64,000 nucleotides of DNA from Phoronis australis. Lineage: Eukaryota; Animalia; Phoronida. Positions within the stretch are counted from its first letter, which is position 1; every line of letters begins with the position of its first letter. Made by a program: the position numbers and the translations under genes. A model generated the notes under the pieces. It saw only the letters and a program-made list of their open reading frames with translations. It was not told where the DNA came from and ran no database searches. The stretch covers positions 140,967-204,966 of the forward strand of contig NMRA01000420.1 in assembly GCA_002633005.1 (NCBI GenBank), given 5' to 3'. This document shows positions 1 through 12,818 of this stretch, in pieces.

Positions 1-199
1 GAGGAAACGGTAAACACAGTTTTGGTCATCCAATTCGAACATATATGAATTTGTATGAGGAGCTGGAGGGCATTTTCTGCCCCTCTCCCTTATTACTACT
101 TTTCTTAAAAACGATAGAAATATTAAACGGGAAGTGACGTAGTGAACATATTTCACAGTACGAACTAAGGAGGCATCCCATTGGAGTTTGAGTTGGCTG

Positions 200-720
200 T
201 GCGTTTCAAGTTCTGTGCTCCATGTGAAGGCTACAAATGGCATTTTCTTGATTTTTGAATCTGTTCTGAGTGAAAAATTGTCACCTGTTGACCCCTTGAC
301 CCACCTTTTGCTTAGCGTGGCATTTCTTAAACCTTTACTGCTTGAAAGCGGGAAATTTGAAATTTAGCAGGAAATTGAGGTGTCGTTCAGACTTAGGATT
401 TGGTTAAAATCTGGCTGGTCGATACCCACCTTTCACCGGAGAATTTTGGAGGTCTGAATGCACAGTCTCTCAGTTCGTAGTAATTGCGTGCAAATGGTGA
501 CTTTGGGGTGACAACTAGATTTGGCGTATTCTTGCTGGTTTTTCAAGTAGCTGGCTGTACTTCCGGTAGTCGAAAATGGAGGAAAATTGAATTTGGAATC
601 CGTTTCAGAGGATTTTGCGCAAGGTTTTTAAAGTCTTTGGCGCATTATACTTCTCATATGTTCGGGTTTTGTACTTCCTGTGGAAAAGACTGTTGATTTG
701 TGCTGGTTTTCAAGCCCAAA
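200..720 (-). repeat. Dispersed repeat family A, copy 1 (in the Galpha intron)
   Basis: Reverse complement is colinear with 43515-43985 (e.g. atggcattttcttgatttttgaatctgttctgag). Confidence 0.8.
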
Positions 721-844
721 ATTAGCAAAAAATCTGTTGAGGGCCACCCAAGGCTGCTACTTAATCAGCTATAGACCGTTATTGTAAGATTCTGAAAGTG
801 AACTTGTTAACTTAAACAGCACTCCAGCGGCCTCGTCGGCTTAC

Positions 845-958
845 CTGCGGATAGTCATAGTCTTGCAGAAGAGGAACCTTTATAATACAGTCGACATCAC
901 TTTGAAGATGGCTGTTTTCTAGTTCAATGTGGAGTTTGTTCATAGCACCGAGGATTGT
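845..958 (-). CDS. G-protein alpha subunit, exon 4 (helical domain); gene continues beyond the window start
   Basis: cag|TILGAMNKLHIELENSHLQSDVDCIIKVPLLQDYDYPQ|gtaagc. 114 nt, phase 0/0; aligns by eye to GNAS exon 5 (TIVAAMSNL...DFDFPP). No further exon found in 1-844. Confidence 0.92.
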
Positions 959-1258
959 CTGTAATTCAAATGGATCGTATTCAAATGCATTTTTCACATC
1001 GCGCAGATGGTTAACTAGTGCTTCTTTGCAACCGTATTTATACCGTGGGAGCTCAATCAACCAGTCCGAATACTTTCAATATCCATTTTAACGAATGTAG
1101 AACTTTATTACATTCTTCTGCACCACGTTCAGATATCAGTGAGGGGTTTGTCTTTAGTTACGCTTAAAAGAGGATATTCGAAAAATATCAGACAAGAGTC
1201 GTAATTCCATTTAACTAACACCAACATGATTGACATCAGTTGGAATCGTTGTACTTAC

Positions 1259-1313
1259 TACTATCGATTCCATGATATTATGTTTTATCTGATGCACCGT
1301 ATGTATCCTTTCT
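1259..1313 (-). CDS. G-protein alpha subunit, exon 3
   Basis: attacag|A GAA AGG ATA... encodes (Q)ERIHTVHQIKHNIMESIV. 55 nt, phase 2 to phase 0, donor GTAAGT; equivalent to the 55-nt GNAS exon 4. Confidence 0.92.
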
Positions 1314-1764
1314 CTGTAATGAAAAACAAGTACATCTGTATTATAAATTTAACTACACCACCAAGTTTCCGCTATGTAGTTCTCACTAGAATTGTTTTTA
1401 GAATATTTGATTTCTTGACACCTGCTGAACACCTTGCAAATTTCTTGACAAAACAGTGCCGAACGTGCGCTACACAAATTAATTATAGAACCTGCTACAA
1501 ATTATTTGAGGGTAAACGCTAGTGAGATCACGTGCTTTACTCGCACGTGGAGATAACTATCAAGAATCGAACAATCGCGTCACACTCGCAAGAAGCAAGA
1601 CTTCCGGAATGGATGTTTTAACAAGTTTTAACTTGTTTTAAAAACGTGACAAAACAGAGTTAATTATTGTGTGCTATCAAACAACAGACGAGCTCTAGAA
1701 GAACGTTAACAGTATTACAAGGAACGTGTAATGTGTTCTCGTCACTGCAGAGGGATCTCGAAAT

Positions 1765-1920
1765 TTGTCAGATGGCGCTGTTTACTCATGGGATGGAGGG
1801 AGACCAGCCTCGTCCCCAAGATAACGCTGATCGATTTAGCCATTTGAGACTTGGTTATGGGAAGTACCTTCAGCGCAATGATTGGCCGCTGTCTTGACGT
1901 CATTAAAACAAAGGCAGAGT
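1765..1920 (+). repeat. Dispersed repeat family B, copy 1
   Basis: cgtccccaag...gctgatcgatttagccatttgagacttggttatg...gattggccgctgtctt recurs at ~25965-26120. This explains the similar ADRFSHLRLGY ORFs in the track. Confidence 0.85.
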
Positions 1921-2094
1921 TTACTGCAAGGGGTCTTTTCATCAACAAGTTCATCTATACCACCTGCTACGACGAAACCATGTGAAGATAACAGTCTTTC
2001 GTCCCACCAGATCAGCCTCCATTACTTTATGAAAGTTTCCTCAGCTATTAATGTAAGCTTTTCAAGTAAGACCCTCAGATCCACCAAGGCCGCA

Positions 2095-2250
2095 TGCTAC
2101 CGGACGTGCACTCCGTAACGCTAGGACCTACGATAGGACCTAGCTAAAATCTAGCCAAAGTCAAGTGTTCTCATTCAAAATATACGGCAATATCTCACGT
2201 TATTTCGAGAAGTAATAGCTTCTTAGCGAGGTCCTGGCGTTACTGAACGA
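2095..2250. mobile_element. Short MITE-like repeat (taacgctaggacct...aggtcctggcgtta), copy 1
   Basis: Imperfect terminal inverted repeats; further copies at ~18245-18400 (inverted), 24155-24265 and 40305-40385. Confidence 0.75.
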
Positions 2251-2318
2251 GAGGCAGGTCAGCAACTTTGTGTTGTTGTGATAACAACAAAAGGTCAAAC
2301 ACGTGTAATCTCACTTAC

Positions 2319-2391
2319 TGGTCACTGAAGCCGTCTATATGCAGGATTCTCATCTGTTTTGTCACGGTACTTTTGCCTGATTCCCCAGTAC
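2319..2391 (-). CDS. G-protein alpha subunit, exon 2 (P-loop)
   Basis: tttgcag|GT ACT GGG GAA TCA GGC AAA AGT... encodes (G)[23 protein letters not shown]. 73 nt, donor GTAAGT; same length and phase as GNAS exon 2. Missed by the ORF track. Confidence 0.95.
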
Positions 2392-3052
2392 CTGCAAACA
2401 AACACAAGACTTTGGCTTTTAGCTGAAAAGTATATTAGGGATTTACTGCGACTAGAGTGACGAAAACTACACATTTTGAGTTTTGATTTTTACTCTTGGT
2501 ATCCATCGTGTCATTGGTGTACGAGCTTTTTAAATACAAATCATTTGGACCCATGAATTGTCTGATTGAAGAAATAATTCACTGGCACGTACAGTTCTAA
2601 GCCATAGCTGGAACTTTTATATGAATACAAAAGAACTTCGAGCACAGCAGGCCTAAATTATTGAGCTCTTTTGCGCATAACGGGTATGGAGGAAGGGGAG
2701 GGGGGCGCTTGGCATTCCAAGTCCGGACCAGCGTAAATACCTCAGGGAACGAGAAAATGGACACCCGAGACAATGCCAAATAATAACCCTACCTCTTCTT
2801 TCATGTACTCATCTGAGAAGATACTAGGAAGTAGAAATACCCACCTGGCGCGGCAGATGGCGGGGAAAAAATCTCACCCGAGAGGATACACAACAAAATA
2901 TCCACTTTAAACGATACTGGGGAGAAAACAATACAAACCCGTTATGGCGGTACGTCCCTACTAACCCTTCCTATGGGAGAGCGCCCCGGGCTGATACTCA
3001 GTAAGCTTCGTTCGCCACAATCCATTGCATCGGCCAAACGTTGCAGACTCAC

Positions 3053-3170
3053 CGAGTAATAGTAACTTGAGCCATTTATTGTCTTCCTCGAAGTCCTTCT
3101 TAAGGGCAGAGTTTATCAGCCTGTCCCGTTGTTTTGCGGGATCTTGAGGAACACACAAACCGCACTTCAT
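3053..3170 (-). CDS. G-protein alpha subunit (Gs-class, Galpha-f-like), coding exon 1
   Basis: Encodes MKCGLCVPQDPAKQRDRLINSALKKDFEEDNKWLKLLLLG. The 118-nt exon ends in phase 1 within the G1-box Gly with donor GTGAGT, the conserved Galpha exon-1 boundary. N-terminal Cys3 and Cys6, no Gly2. Confidence 0.93.
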
Positions 3171-4113
3171 GATCTTGTTACTTCATGCATAGGACTTCTG
3201 CAACGATACGTGTCGAATTATTTCTTGTTAGTATGTCTATATTTCCGGAGATTTCCGATAAAGCACTTGTCTCCAGAAAGCGCCCATGGGCGGAGATCCC
3301 GGAAGCACATTTACGGGAACAAGGCGACTCATGACGTAACTAGTATTGCATATTGTTGTTTTGTTAACAATTACAACTATAATCTGAAAACTATACGATT
3401 AGTGTCAGCAAGGTGTGTAGTACATATAGGAGAGTTCACTTGAGAGTTCGCTGTTATCGCTACTACTAGCGCCGCCAAGTGGTGAATAAGCAACGGTCAA
3501 GTTGGAAGCACAAGAACAATGGGGAAGGGCACATTTTGCAGTGCGATAAATTGCACCAATACATTCCACGAAAACCCCAGAACTGTAATTTTTTACGTTT
3601 CCTAAGGATCCAGAAAACAAATATTATTTGTTATTGAATAATATGGTACATTTTCTGTGTTCAGTTCACGGTTGGAAGACACGTCCATCGCAGTCGCGGT
3701 GCCGCTGTCGTCTGCGGTGTAGGCCACTGCACAGGCTCCGCTCTGCCTTCTGCAGATACTTTGTTGTCAATTATATGTATGGGAGCATTAGAATGGAATA
3801 CAATGTTGTGGTAGTGATGAATTGTCATGTTTTCTTCTTCTTACTTGTGTTACACCTACTGCACAAACCAACTGTCTGCACTGGTAGCAGCCTGGCGTAT
3901 TCAATAGGGAACACATTCAAAATTGTTGGGTGGACTTGAAACGTGCAGTGAGCTGGGAGAGCTTAGAAATGAAAAGGTGGAAAACACCCAGGATGTTACT
4001 GGAGCATGATGGCCACCAGTCATGACAAGCAAAAGTCCTTGGGGGTCATGCTCAAAACGAGGCAGCCAAATCGTATCACAACCTAGCACATGTTGTCAAT
4101 AGTCAGGGAACAA

Positions 4114-4256
4114 CATGGGCGGCGCAGCACTAAAAAGTGGGAAATTATAGCGCCCCCAGCCTCCCTGTGGTGCAGCGCCCACAGACCATGGGCGGCGTAG
4201 CACTGAAAAAAGTGGTGGGCTATAGACCCCCAAGCTCCTATGGTGCGCCGCCCATG
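4114..4256. mobile_element. Tandem pair of ~70-bp GC-rich palindromic mini-elements (catgggcggcg...cgccgcccatg)
   Basis: Units start at 4114 and 4187; an inverted relative lies at ~63915-63980. Confidence 0.7.
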
Positions 4257-4390
4257 AGCAACCAAAATCTGTGACGATGGGAGGATGTGAGGGGTTCAAA
4301 ACTCATGCGGCATACCCCATTGCTTTTTACCTGATTTGCACTCCTCCCATGTACCCCTTTACTACACCTGGAGGCAACTCTCCTCTGAAC

Positions 4391-4543
4391 CAGTGGCGGA
4401 TTGAGAAGGGGGCCAAGGGTGTCATGGCCCCCTTAATATTCTCCCAGATGCCATTTGGCAGTTCGGGGGAGCGAATGTCTGACGGGGAAAATCCTAGCTA
4501 ATAGCTGCCCTGCCCCCAACCCAAAATCCTGAATCCGCCCCTG
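4391..4543. mobile_element. Short GC-rich element with cagtggcggat...atccgcccctg termini
   Basis: Terminal inverted repeat visible; related termini at ~7540, ~8565 and ~21380. Confidence 0.65.
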
Positions 4544-5318
4544 TGAACCCCCAGGAGCAATCACTAAAATTATGTAGTCCCTGGAGGTATGAAATCTTAA
4601 TGAGAACTCAAACATGAAACAAAACCATGATGGCTTTTGAAGGGAGCTTCAAGAGAATGAAAGCAAATACACTTTAATATTAATTAAAACACACATTCTC
4701 ATTCGATTATAAGTGGATGTTATTTTACGTATTTTACCCATTTGCAATCACATGGTAATATTATTGTACGTCGAACGTTGTTAAAGTATGAATTTATCAG
4801 TGTTTACATAGTTCGGACTGCTGCTTATTCGCCGCTCGGGGCGCTAGTTTTTCGACCGATAAGACCATCGCGGAGATTGGCAAGATGGCGGAATGAACTC
4901 ACGCATTCTATGTACACTCCTTGGTGATAGCTAGTTCACGCACTCCAAGGGAGCTGTAATCTTTGACAAACTTTCCATAATTACAACACGATCCCATCAC
5001 TGCATTATTTGATAATTTCAGACATCTGGTTACGTAAACAGGTCCATAAAATCAACTTCCTGAAAAAGCGCACCGGGTGCTTTTTCAGGAACAAAAAACG
5101 ACTTGAATGAATAATTGCTTACGGAATAATCGTGCTACTGGAATTTTACAGCAACGCCATCGATCTGTTATAGCATTTTTGAATTGAAATTGGTTAAAAT
5201 GATAGATGGCTTCAAATTGCCCAGACGGACATAGCGTCGTGGCAACTTTAAATAACTGACCTTGAAACGAACTTGAATTTGCCCGGTGTGAAAAACTACG
5301 ACCGAGAGTGAGAGAGAG

Positions 5319-5439
5319 NNNNNNNNNNNNNNNNNNNNNNNNNNNNNNNNNNNNNNNNNNNNNNNNNNNNNNNNNNNNNNNNNNNNNNNNNNNNNNNNNN
5401 NNNNNNNNNNNNNNNNNNNNNNNNNNNNNNNNNNNNNNN
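5319..5439. other. Assembly gap (N run) within a (GA)n microsatellite
   Basis: N run flanked by gagagag on both sides. Confidence 0.95.
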
Positions 5440-8400
5440 GAGAGAGAGGAGGTTGGGGGCGGGGAACGGAAACCCAATGCGCTTGTTCAGCAAAGAGGCC
5501 AGTATATAACCGAAATGCTACTGTGCGTTGTGTTTTCCCAACTGTACACGTTTTCTGTTTTCTATCAGTTGTGCCATGAAGGCATTCCCAACCGGTAACG
5601 CCTTCATGATGGTAGGCCTACTGATAAATCTACGGCCTTAGTGATGAATGTGTTTACGGAATAATAGCCTAGATTTCAGTTTAGTCTTGTGATCCGCTTT
5701 CGCCGAAAGCAAGAAACGGCTACTTGTCTCTTAGACATATGGGAATCTTGACCAGTGACCTCTAATGCAGAGATAAGAGGCTCAACATTTGTGAATCAAG
5801 GGGAAAGAAGACTACTAATTTAAATGACAGGCACACATGTTATGTTGTTTAGGCCAGATTATTGAAATCTACGAACTTACTTGTTAGTTAGTCCAGGTAT
5901 TTCCTTGTTATTAACATGCCAGATGCCATAATAAATACCGCTCCACAGTCCGGAAGCCAGGTTGACAGATAAGCTATTCAAACAAACTGAAACCACGTGA
6001 TGTTCGTAATATCAGCATCGTATCAGTTCAAGGACGGCGTGTCATGTTTAAAATTATACTTGGTTGTTAAATCACTGATATGTGCTGGCTTTGTTATGTC
6101 TTCATGCTCCTTCCGATTCTTTGATCGTAACGATAATATTACCGTATAAGAGCGTATTTAGGCAAAAGCGTCACTATGTGCAACTGGGCCTATACCCGGA
6201 AATACGTGCACGTGCTTGCTCGTGAAACAGTTTAGTAGAAACCAAGGAGCAAGTTTAAAAATAGCATGAGAGTGTAAACTCATCCAAGTAGATATTGAAA
6301 TGTGTTCAATTCATGATTTTGATATAAATACTGTTATAAACCCTACTTCCATCACAAAAAATTGGTGATCGAGACCACTTCACCGTCATAATGAAATTGA
6401 TCTGATAGGTGTTCCTTGGGAGTGGCTTCACTAGGTCTTCGATATAACTGATTGAGACTAAAATTTTACTTATCACAACGTGTCACTTAATGAGTGGAGC
6501 ATGATCTCAAATGAGAAATAACAAACAGTCACTGGTCTGTAGTCAGCTTTGATAGTCAACTTCACATCTGAGTAACAAGTTGTGACCGGTTTTAGAGCGA
6601 TGAATAATCCAAACCAAAGATTCTCTTCTTGGGCGGAACGCGAGTTTACAGCCGCCATAACTATTTAACGAAATTTTCCTACAAAAATATAAAAAGGACA
6701 CGGGGAAAACGCACAGTTTAAAACAAGGGATAGTCGCTTGTGCGGCATAGGTGCGAATACTTTATCAACTCAGTGATTTCTACTTATGACAGACATAGAA
6801 TACAAAATGCAAAGTCGCATTCATTCTGGGACGAAGATGTCATCAGAGCGCGTTGAGCTACCCTACACACTTGAGAGATACCTTTGGTGTTAGAAACTTT
6901 AGTTTTTAGAAAGTAAACAGTGACTTCATTAAGAATCCCCAATTTGCGTCAATCTAGCCTCGCCAACCAAACACTTCTGTGACAGTCATTTTGCCCATGG
7001 TCCCCAAAAATTTCCGAACTTTCATCTGAGTTCGAAAAAATATGGAGATCCTAGAAAATACTTAGTTCAATAAAAACGAAAATCGGATTAGTCCATAATA
7101 GTGCTTGCCGCGACAGGATTCTTTCCGTTACCAACTGGAACATCGAAACCAGATAATAGAGAAAACGACTCAAAGGTTGGCCATCCATAAAATATGCGAA
7201 TTCGAAAACAGCGCATGAACGAATTGTTGCGCTGAAGGACTCTTAAAGACCGAGTAGTCTATGAACGCAAAAGGCCGATTTCGATTTTTCAATTTTAGCC
7301 AAAATGCAACTTTAACCAGAGTACATGAAGTGGACACGAACCGACAAGAAAATACGTCCAACTCGAACATTCTCCTCGAACAGGTTTAGTAAGCGCCTTA
7401 GAGAGTTTCCCATGACATGTCAGGAGTTTGCGATGGTGTGTTTACTCTTATCGATCAATCAAAACGAATGAGTGCTCAAATGCTCAATGCTTAAATGGCT
7501 GACGACACTCGGAATAGTAGGTTCATTTTATGGATGAAGTGGCGGGTCTAGGATATCACAAGGGGGGCCCAACATTTTGTCTGAAAAGATTTGTGCAAAG
7601 CACGATTAGATGCGCATAGCACCGAATGGGGGGAGGTCGGGAGGGGGGTTGGCCCCCTTCCAGCCCAGGAAAATTTTTCTGTTTTTTCTTCTAAAAATCA
7701 AGCATTTTCCTTGATTCCTAAAGTATTATCCAAGAAAAAAAGGCAAAGAAAAATAAAAAATGAAAAAAGGCAAAGAAAAATAAAAAAAAAACAAAAAAAC
7801 AGAGAACTTGTCAAACATGAAAAACTGCAATTATCACAGACTCGAACTCTCAACCTGGCGCGCGTGCTTTACCACTGTACCACCACGATTTCACTAATAA
7901 TTTGATACTAAGTGACCTACTCGTTTATGGTCCACAGCGTTTGCTTGCGAAATGTACTTCTTTTTGTAATGCTTATTACATATTTTATTTTTTGTGCAAT
8001 CAGTTCGTAACAAATTTGTTGTATTTAAAATAGTTTTCAATTGCCCAAAAGACCAAATCCGTTTTTTGTGTTGGCATTTATGGCGCGATTGCTTTGGAAA
8101 TCGTCTTAAGTTAAGGTTTGACAAAGAGAGAATTATGAGTTTCTGAGTGATTCACTAACGCTTCGATTAAAATTCACATCTTACCAGCAGCTTCTGTTTT
8201 TTCATCGTCACTCAGATTTCACTTTCTTTAAAAAAATCATGAAGTAATTTTCTTCATAGCACAGTGAAGCAGACGACGGAAACGGAGTCGTAGTGCGCAG
8301 CGCCACTGCCGGTCGCATAGAATATGGCGGGAGAGCCTATACTTAGCCATAGTTTCGTTACGATTGAATTTGACACTTGAAATTGGATCTGAGCCCCCCA

Positions 8401-9278
8401 AACACACTAAAACTGCACACATTTAAATCTTGTTTCCGCCGTTTAATGTTAATTACCGGGGTTAATTAATGAACTCAACATTTCCCTACGCTCTGGCTGT
8501 ATTCTTTTTTTGCGGCAGCCAAGGGGGAGGGGGGGTGGTCCCGGGCCTCCTGCCTCCCCCTAAATCCGCCTATGTCAATAACCATTAGAGGCGACATAAA
8601 GGAATACGTCTTGTCTCTAGATGGCGATAGAATAGTCGGCGGGACATCCAGACTCTCCCGTCCGCGGTAAGTCACCAAGTCGTGAGATCACCTCATCCAC
8701 GAGTCGGTTCACTCAGAATTGCCAGTACGTCGTGGAACTTGTGACATTTCGGGAGTTGGCTTAACTTCATTAGTTCGACAAAGAGAAAATTTCCGAGAAA
8801 AGAATGACATCAAAAGCCGAGAAATGACCACTTATTGATGCCCTATATTACAAAATAATGCCTTGATGACGTTTATAATCTGCTTGTGCGGAGACAATTT
8901 GACCAGATCCAAGTGAGGCATTGCGCTGCTATTGGCTTACGAAGTAAATGCCTCCACAGTCCACAATCTCTAGATTCCATTCAACTATAACATTGGGACT
9001 ACACCGCCCCAAGCGGTCATTTCTTTAGTTAGTGTGCTACCAATGTTGTCGGGGATCACCGATGTAGCTTGTGTCTGATGATTCTGATCTGTCCTTCATG
9101 TGCGTGAGGCAAACAAAGCAGATCAGTCTCATGTGGGTGATGAGATACCCACCCTTTAATCACAGACTTACATTTATACAAGTCCATGGTTTAGTGTTTG
9201 CAATACTTGTGCACATTCACCATTAGTATAATAATCATCTGAGACCTGCGCAACTCCGTCAATACAATCTGTCTAATA

Positions 9279-9292
9279 GCTTCCCTAGCAAC
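9279..9292 (+). promoter_or_regulatory. RFX X-box-like motif GCTTCCCTAGCAAC
   Basis: 14-bp motif with a perfect RGYAAC half-site and imperfect left half, just upstream of the putative first exon of the repeat-protein gene. Confidence 0.4.
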
Positions 9293-9299
9293 AATAACC

Positions 9300-9559
9300 G
9301 CCGGGGTCAACCATTATTGATAAGGTTACTAAATACAATGAAGCGACCCCGTGTTCATCGGTAGAAGGTATGCGACGATGCAGACCGGGCATTGAAGTGT
9401 CCTTGCTACTGGGCGTCGTCACGAACCGTCGAAGAGTTAAAGATCGGAAGATGTGAATACAGCCTGGTCAGTGGTCACAAAGGCACACCAGACTGGCGTA
9501 CTTGCCTGCGTACCGGTAAACTATACGTCAAGGACGCTTAGGAAACACTCTTTTGTGTG
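9300..9559 (+). other. Putative non-coding first exon of the 36-aa-repeat gene (5' end uncertain)
   Basis: GC-richer stretch ending in a strong donor GTG|GTAAGT at 9560. Splicing to the acceptor ttttcag|10795 makes an in-frame TGA before ATG 10817, consistent with a 5'UTR. Confidence 0.5.
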
Positions 9560-10816
9560 GTAAGTTATTGAGTTGGGTTAATCCAAGATCAGTAACGAAT
9601 ACATACGTACCGTCTAATCTAGATTGGCACACTGACAACAGGCAACCTTCTTGGGATCCATGGGGATCCGGGACTTTGTGGTGGTATTTCCCTATGTAGT
9701 ACGTCCTAGGTCGGGTATCAGTCGAACCCTATAAAGTCAACCTGCTTTCCACTCGTGGCGTCATGCCTAAATCTTCTAATAATGCCAGTAATGTATTCAA
9801 GACATGTTGATAATGATAGTCTTAACGTACCTTGGCACTCGCGAAAACTCAGTCAGAACCTTTAGTTTTTACGGGGGGGGGGGGGGGGNGGGGTATTTTT
9901 ATCCGATTGTGTCCCTCTTCAGTTGAAATTATAAGGCATACCATTTTAGAGAATCAAATAAATCAAATAGTCGTAAATACTCACGGTCAGTTTCAAAAAG
10001 ACGGTGCAATTGGAAGAGACCCATTTGCATCAGCTGGTCACAAAAGCTTTGTCAGTTCCCTTAACAATAAACGACCATTAGATCTGCAGGCATTTGATTC
10101 AAGCTAAACATAACAAAAACTGTCTGTAGAATTCTGCTACAAAAACGAACCGTTCGTGGATTTTTGAAGCATAAAATGAATATTTCGTGAGGGAATGTAA
10201 AGAAGAAAAAGCTCCAGTTGGAAATGAATATAACAGGAATGCACCTCAAGAAATTCACCTTGAGTTATAATCCGTCGGCAGAAGTATCAAATCCTTGTGA
10301 ATCTGTCCGTGAACAACAATGTCATCTCTCCAAAGTATACACCGTCTCTGAATATAAGTCTATCCTCTGTTGAGTCTATCACGGTACATCCCCGCAACGG
10401 GAGCACTTCCTGTACGTGTTATATGTTGGTTATTATATCATACAATTATGTAACTGCACGCTTATCTACGTTACTTAGGTATACCTTGGTAAAATATCAC
10501 GCACTTCTCGACCGATCCCGTCTTTTGAGTCCTTGTTCAGTGCCCTACCTGGTCAGGGCATTTTTTGTGTCATTTTGGAGCAATTTATTGGCGATTTTTG
10601 ATGCCAGTCGGCGATATAAATAAACACCCGATAATCTTCCGGCTGCTCATCTTTTACTGCCACTGTCGATTGAAGAGTTGAAATGTTCAGACAAATTCTG
10701 TTACGTATGCCTTCGGAGGCCTTGCTTTGTACCTCTGTTATTCAGTATTGGACCAAGTTCTCCGCAATCACTGCTTTCATGACGTCGTTTTCAGACAAGG
10801 TGACGACACCTTACAC

Positions 10817-11049
10817 ATGGAAATACGGAACCACAAGGGTGAACTAATTATTCACCCCACTCAAATCACGCGATGTCCAACAGACCAAGCAAAGAACAAC
10901 TACATTCTGGGAAAGCGAGGCACGGTGAATTTGGCATGGGAGCCCAAGCCCGACGAAAAGCCTATCCCGAGGATAAAGCCGGAAGCGGAAACGATTTATG
11001 AACCACATCGAGGCAAGCGAATGCAAAACCTCATGGTCAAGTATGGAAA
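10817..11049 (+). CDS. Uncharacterised 36-aa tandem-repeat protein, coding exon 1
   Basis: Acceptor at 10794/10795 and ATG at 10817. MEIRNHKGEL...PRIKPEAETIYEPHRGKRMQNLMVKYG; donor GTAAGT at 11050 (phase 2). Confidence 0.85.
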
Positions 11050-12323
11050 GTAAGTTCAAAAGCCAGTCTAGACCGCGTTGTGACTGCTGAACATCAGACA
11101 ATGTTTAAAGTGAACGATGAAGAAATAAAGCACATGCATTTCCTCATTTACTCAACTTTCATTATGCAGGCCTAAAGTTTCTAAAGCACAACAAAAATGT
11201 AATGGTAATTTGAGCCTCATAGAAAATGTGGCAAATGTGATTTTTACTTGCTACCGGTATTAAAGAATCCACTTTTTGAGAGTTAAAGCTCCCTCAAATT
11301 TGTTGTTACCAAAAAGTGGTGCCATGCAGGAGCAGCAAACAGGTTGCTTTAAATTACACAGTTTCAACTCCTGAACAAAGTTAGAATAATGTATAGTACC
11401 GACAATTGTTGCAAACATTATTCGTTGATAGAAACACGTTGTCAATAACCAAAGATAAAAATTGACTGATATAGTAAGAAAAAGACGTAAGGTTCTCCCG
11501 AGCAAAAGATTCAAACATGGTGCAAATTTTGTATTGCGTTTTTCTGTCTGAATTTTCCTTTTTGCTAATTCACCGTAAACATCTATAGTTATTTCGTTTT
11601 TTCACTTCAGGGCATTCCGCTATCACTTTTTGTAATAAAATAATACACATAGGCAATAGACTACTATGCACGACTATTTATCAATTGTGTTGCAAAGGAG
11701 AAAAGACCCAGTCTTCTCAAACATGGCTCGGAGTTTTACAAAAATGGCTCAACATTTTCAAACATGACTCAGAACCTCTAAACACGGTGCAGCACCAGCC
11801 TTGACTACATGGCGGGAGAACAATCAGCCTGTTGTCCAACAAGAACATAAATTGTAAATCGGTTAACTTATTCGCGGTGAAGCTCTTTAGCAAAATCTTA
11901 AGGCGGATGACACAAGTGCCATCTACTAACTTTCAGGGGTAAGGCAGTGGCCCCCGATTTAAACGACCCTACAGAAAACACTAACGACGCCCAAGTGCGA
12001 GGAGACTTCGAGACGACCGGGTACCAAAACTGATGTTTACCTGGGTATGCAATCACACTCAACTCGGCATCTCAGAAATCCTTCCTAAGCTTATGGTGAT
12101 GGTCACTAAACGACAGGGAGATGTGTGAAGTATAATCATTAATTCCTGTCCAGTGTTGTCTCACTTATCGGCAAATTCTGAGAAAGCTTTTATACCCGAG
12201 GTTTTATATTTATATTGCTCAAGATATCAGCAAATCTGAGAATGCTTTTATAGTCGTATTGTCCAGTACAGCGTGTGTGTAAATTATTTCCTTGTTTGAA
12301 ACCCACTCACTACAAATCTTCAG

Positions 12324-12535
12324 CATGACACCATCTGCGAGACCCGTTGCCCGAGTGAAAGATGATGGGGAACCGAACGCAGACTTAGACAAGGGACGCC
12401 GGATGAGGACTGTCCTTCACAGTGGGCGCAGGCGCAGCCAGACTGCACGACCGGCACCAAGGGTGAAACCGGAAGCAGAGGACAATGCAGACTTGGACAA
12501 AGGAAAGCGCATGAATGCGCTGATTGCTAAATATG
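12324..12535 (+). CDS. Uncharacterised 36-aa tandem-repeat protein, coding exon 2
   Basis: tcttcag|C ATG ACA... is phase 2 in; donor GTAAAT at 12536 is phase 1 out. Two repeat units, with the 36-aa period kept across both junctions. Confidence 0.88.
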
Positions 12536-12818
12536 GTAAATATTCTCAGGGTGTCTTCAGTTGAGGTAGCATGCGCCTGGGTCCGCCTTCGTTCACAGTA
12601 TCGCTCTATTTGTATTTGTATCGACCCAATGTGAGCAAGTAACCTTCGTAGATATAATCCTTAATCCGCCCCTCTTAATGTTCAGCTAAAGTAGCGTGCG
12701 TTTGTGCACTCGGTCCGAAGTCTTGGCTTCAACATGACGTATCTTCACTCTTTGTTTTCACGACAGAGTTTATTGCTTTGTCTGATTAGCATATTTTGAA
12801 GAACATTCGGCACTTATT

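Noticed and set aside
5085-5598. ORFs spanning the N gap (likewise 42172-42606)
   Set aside because: Artefacts of translating through Ns and microsatellites.
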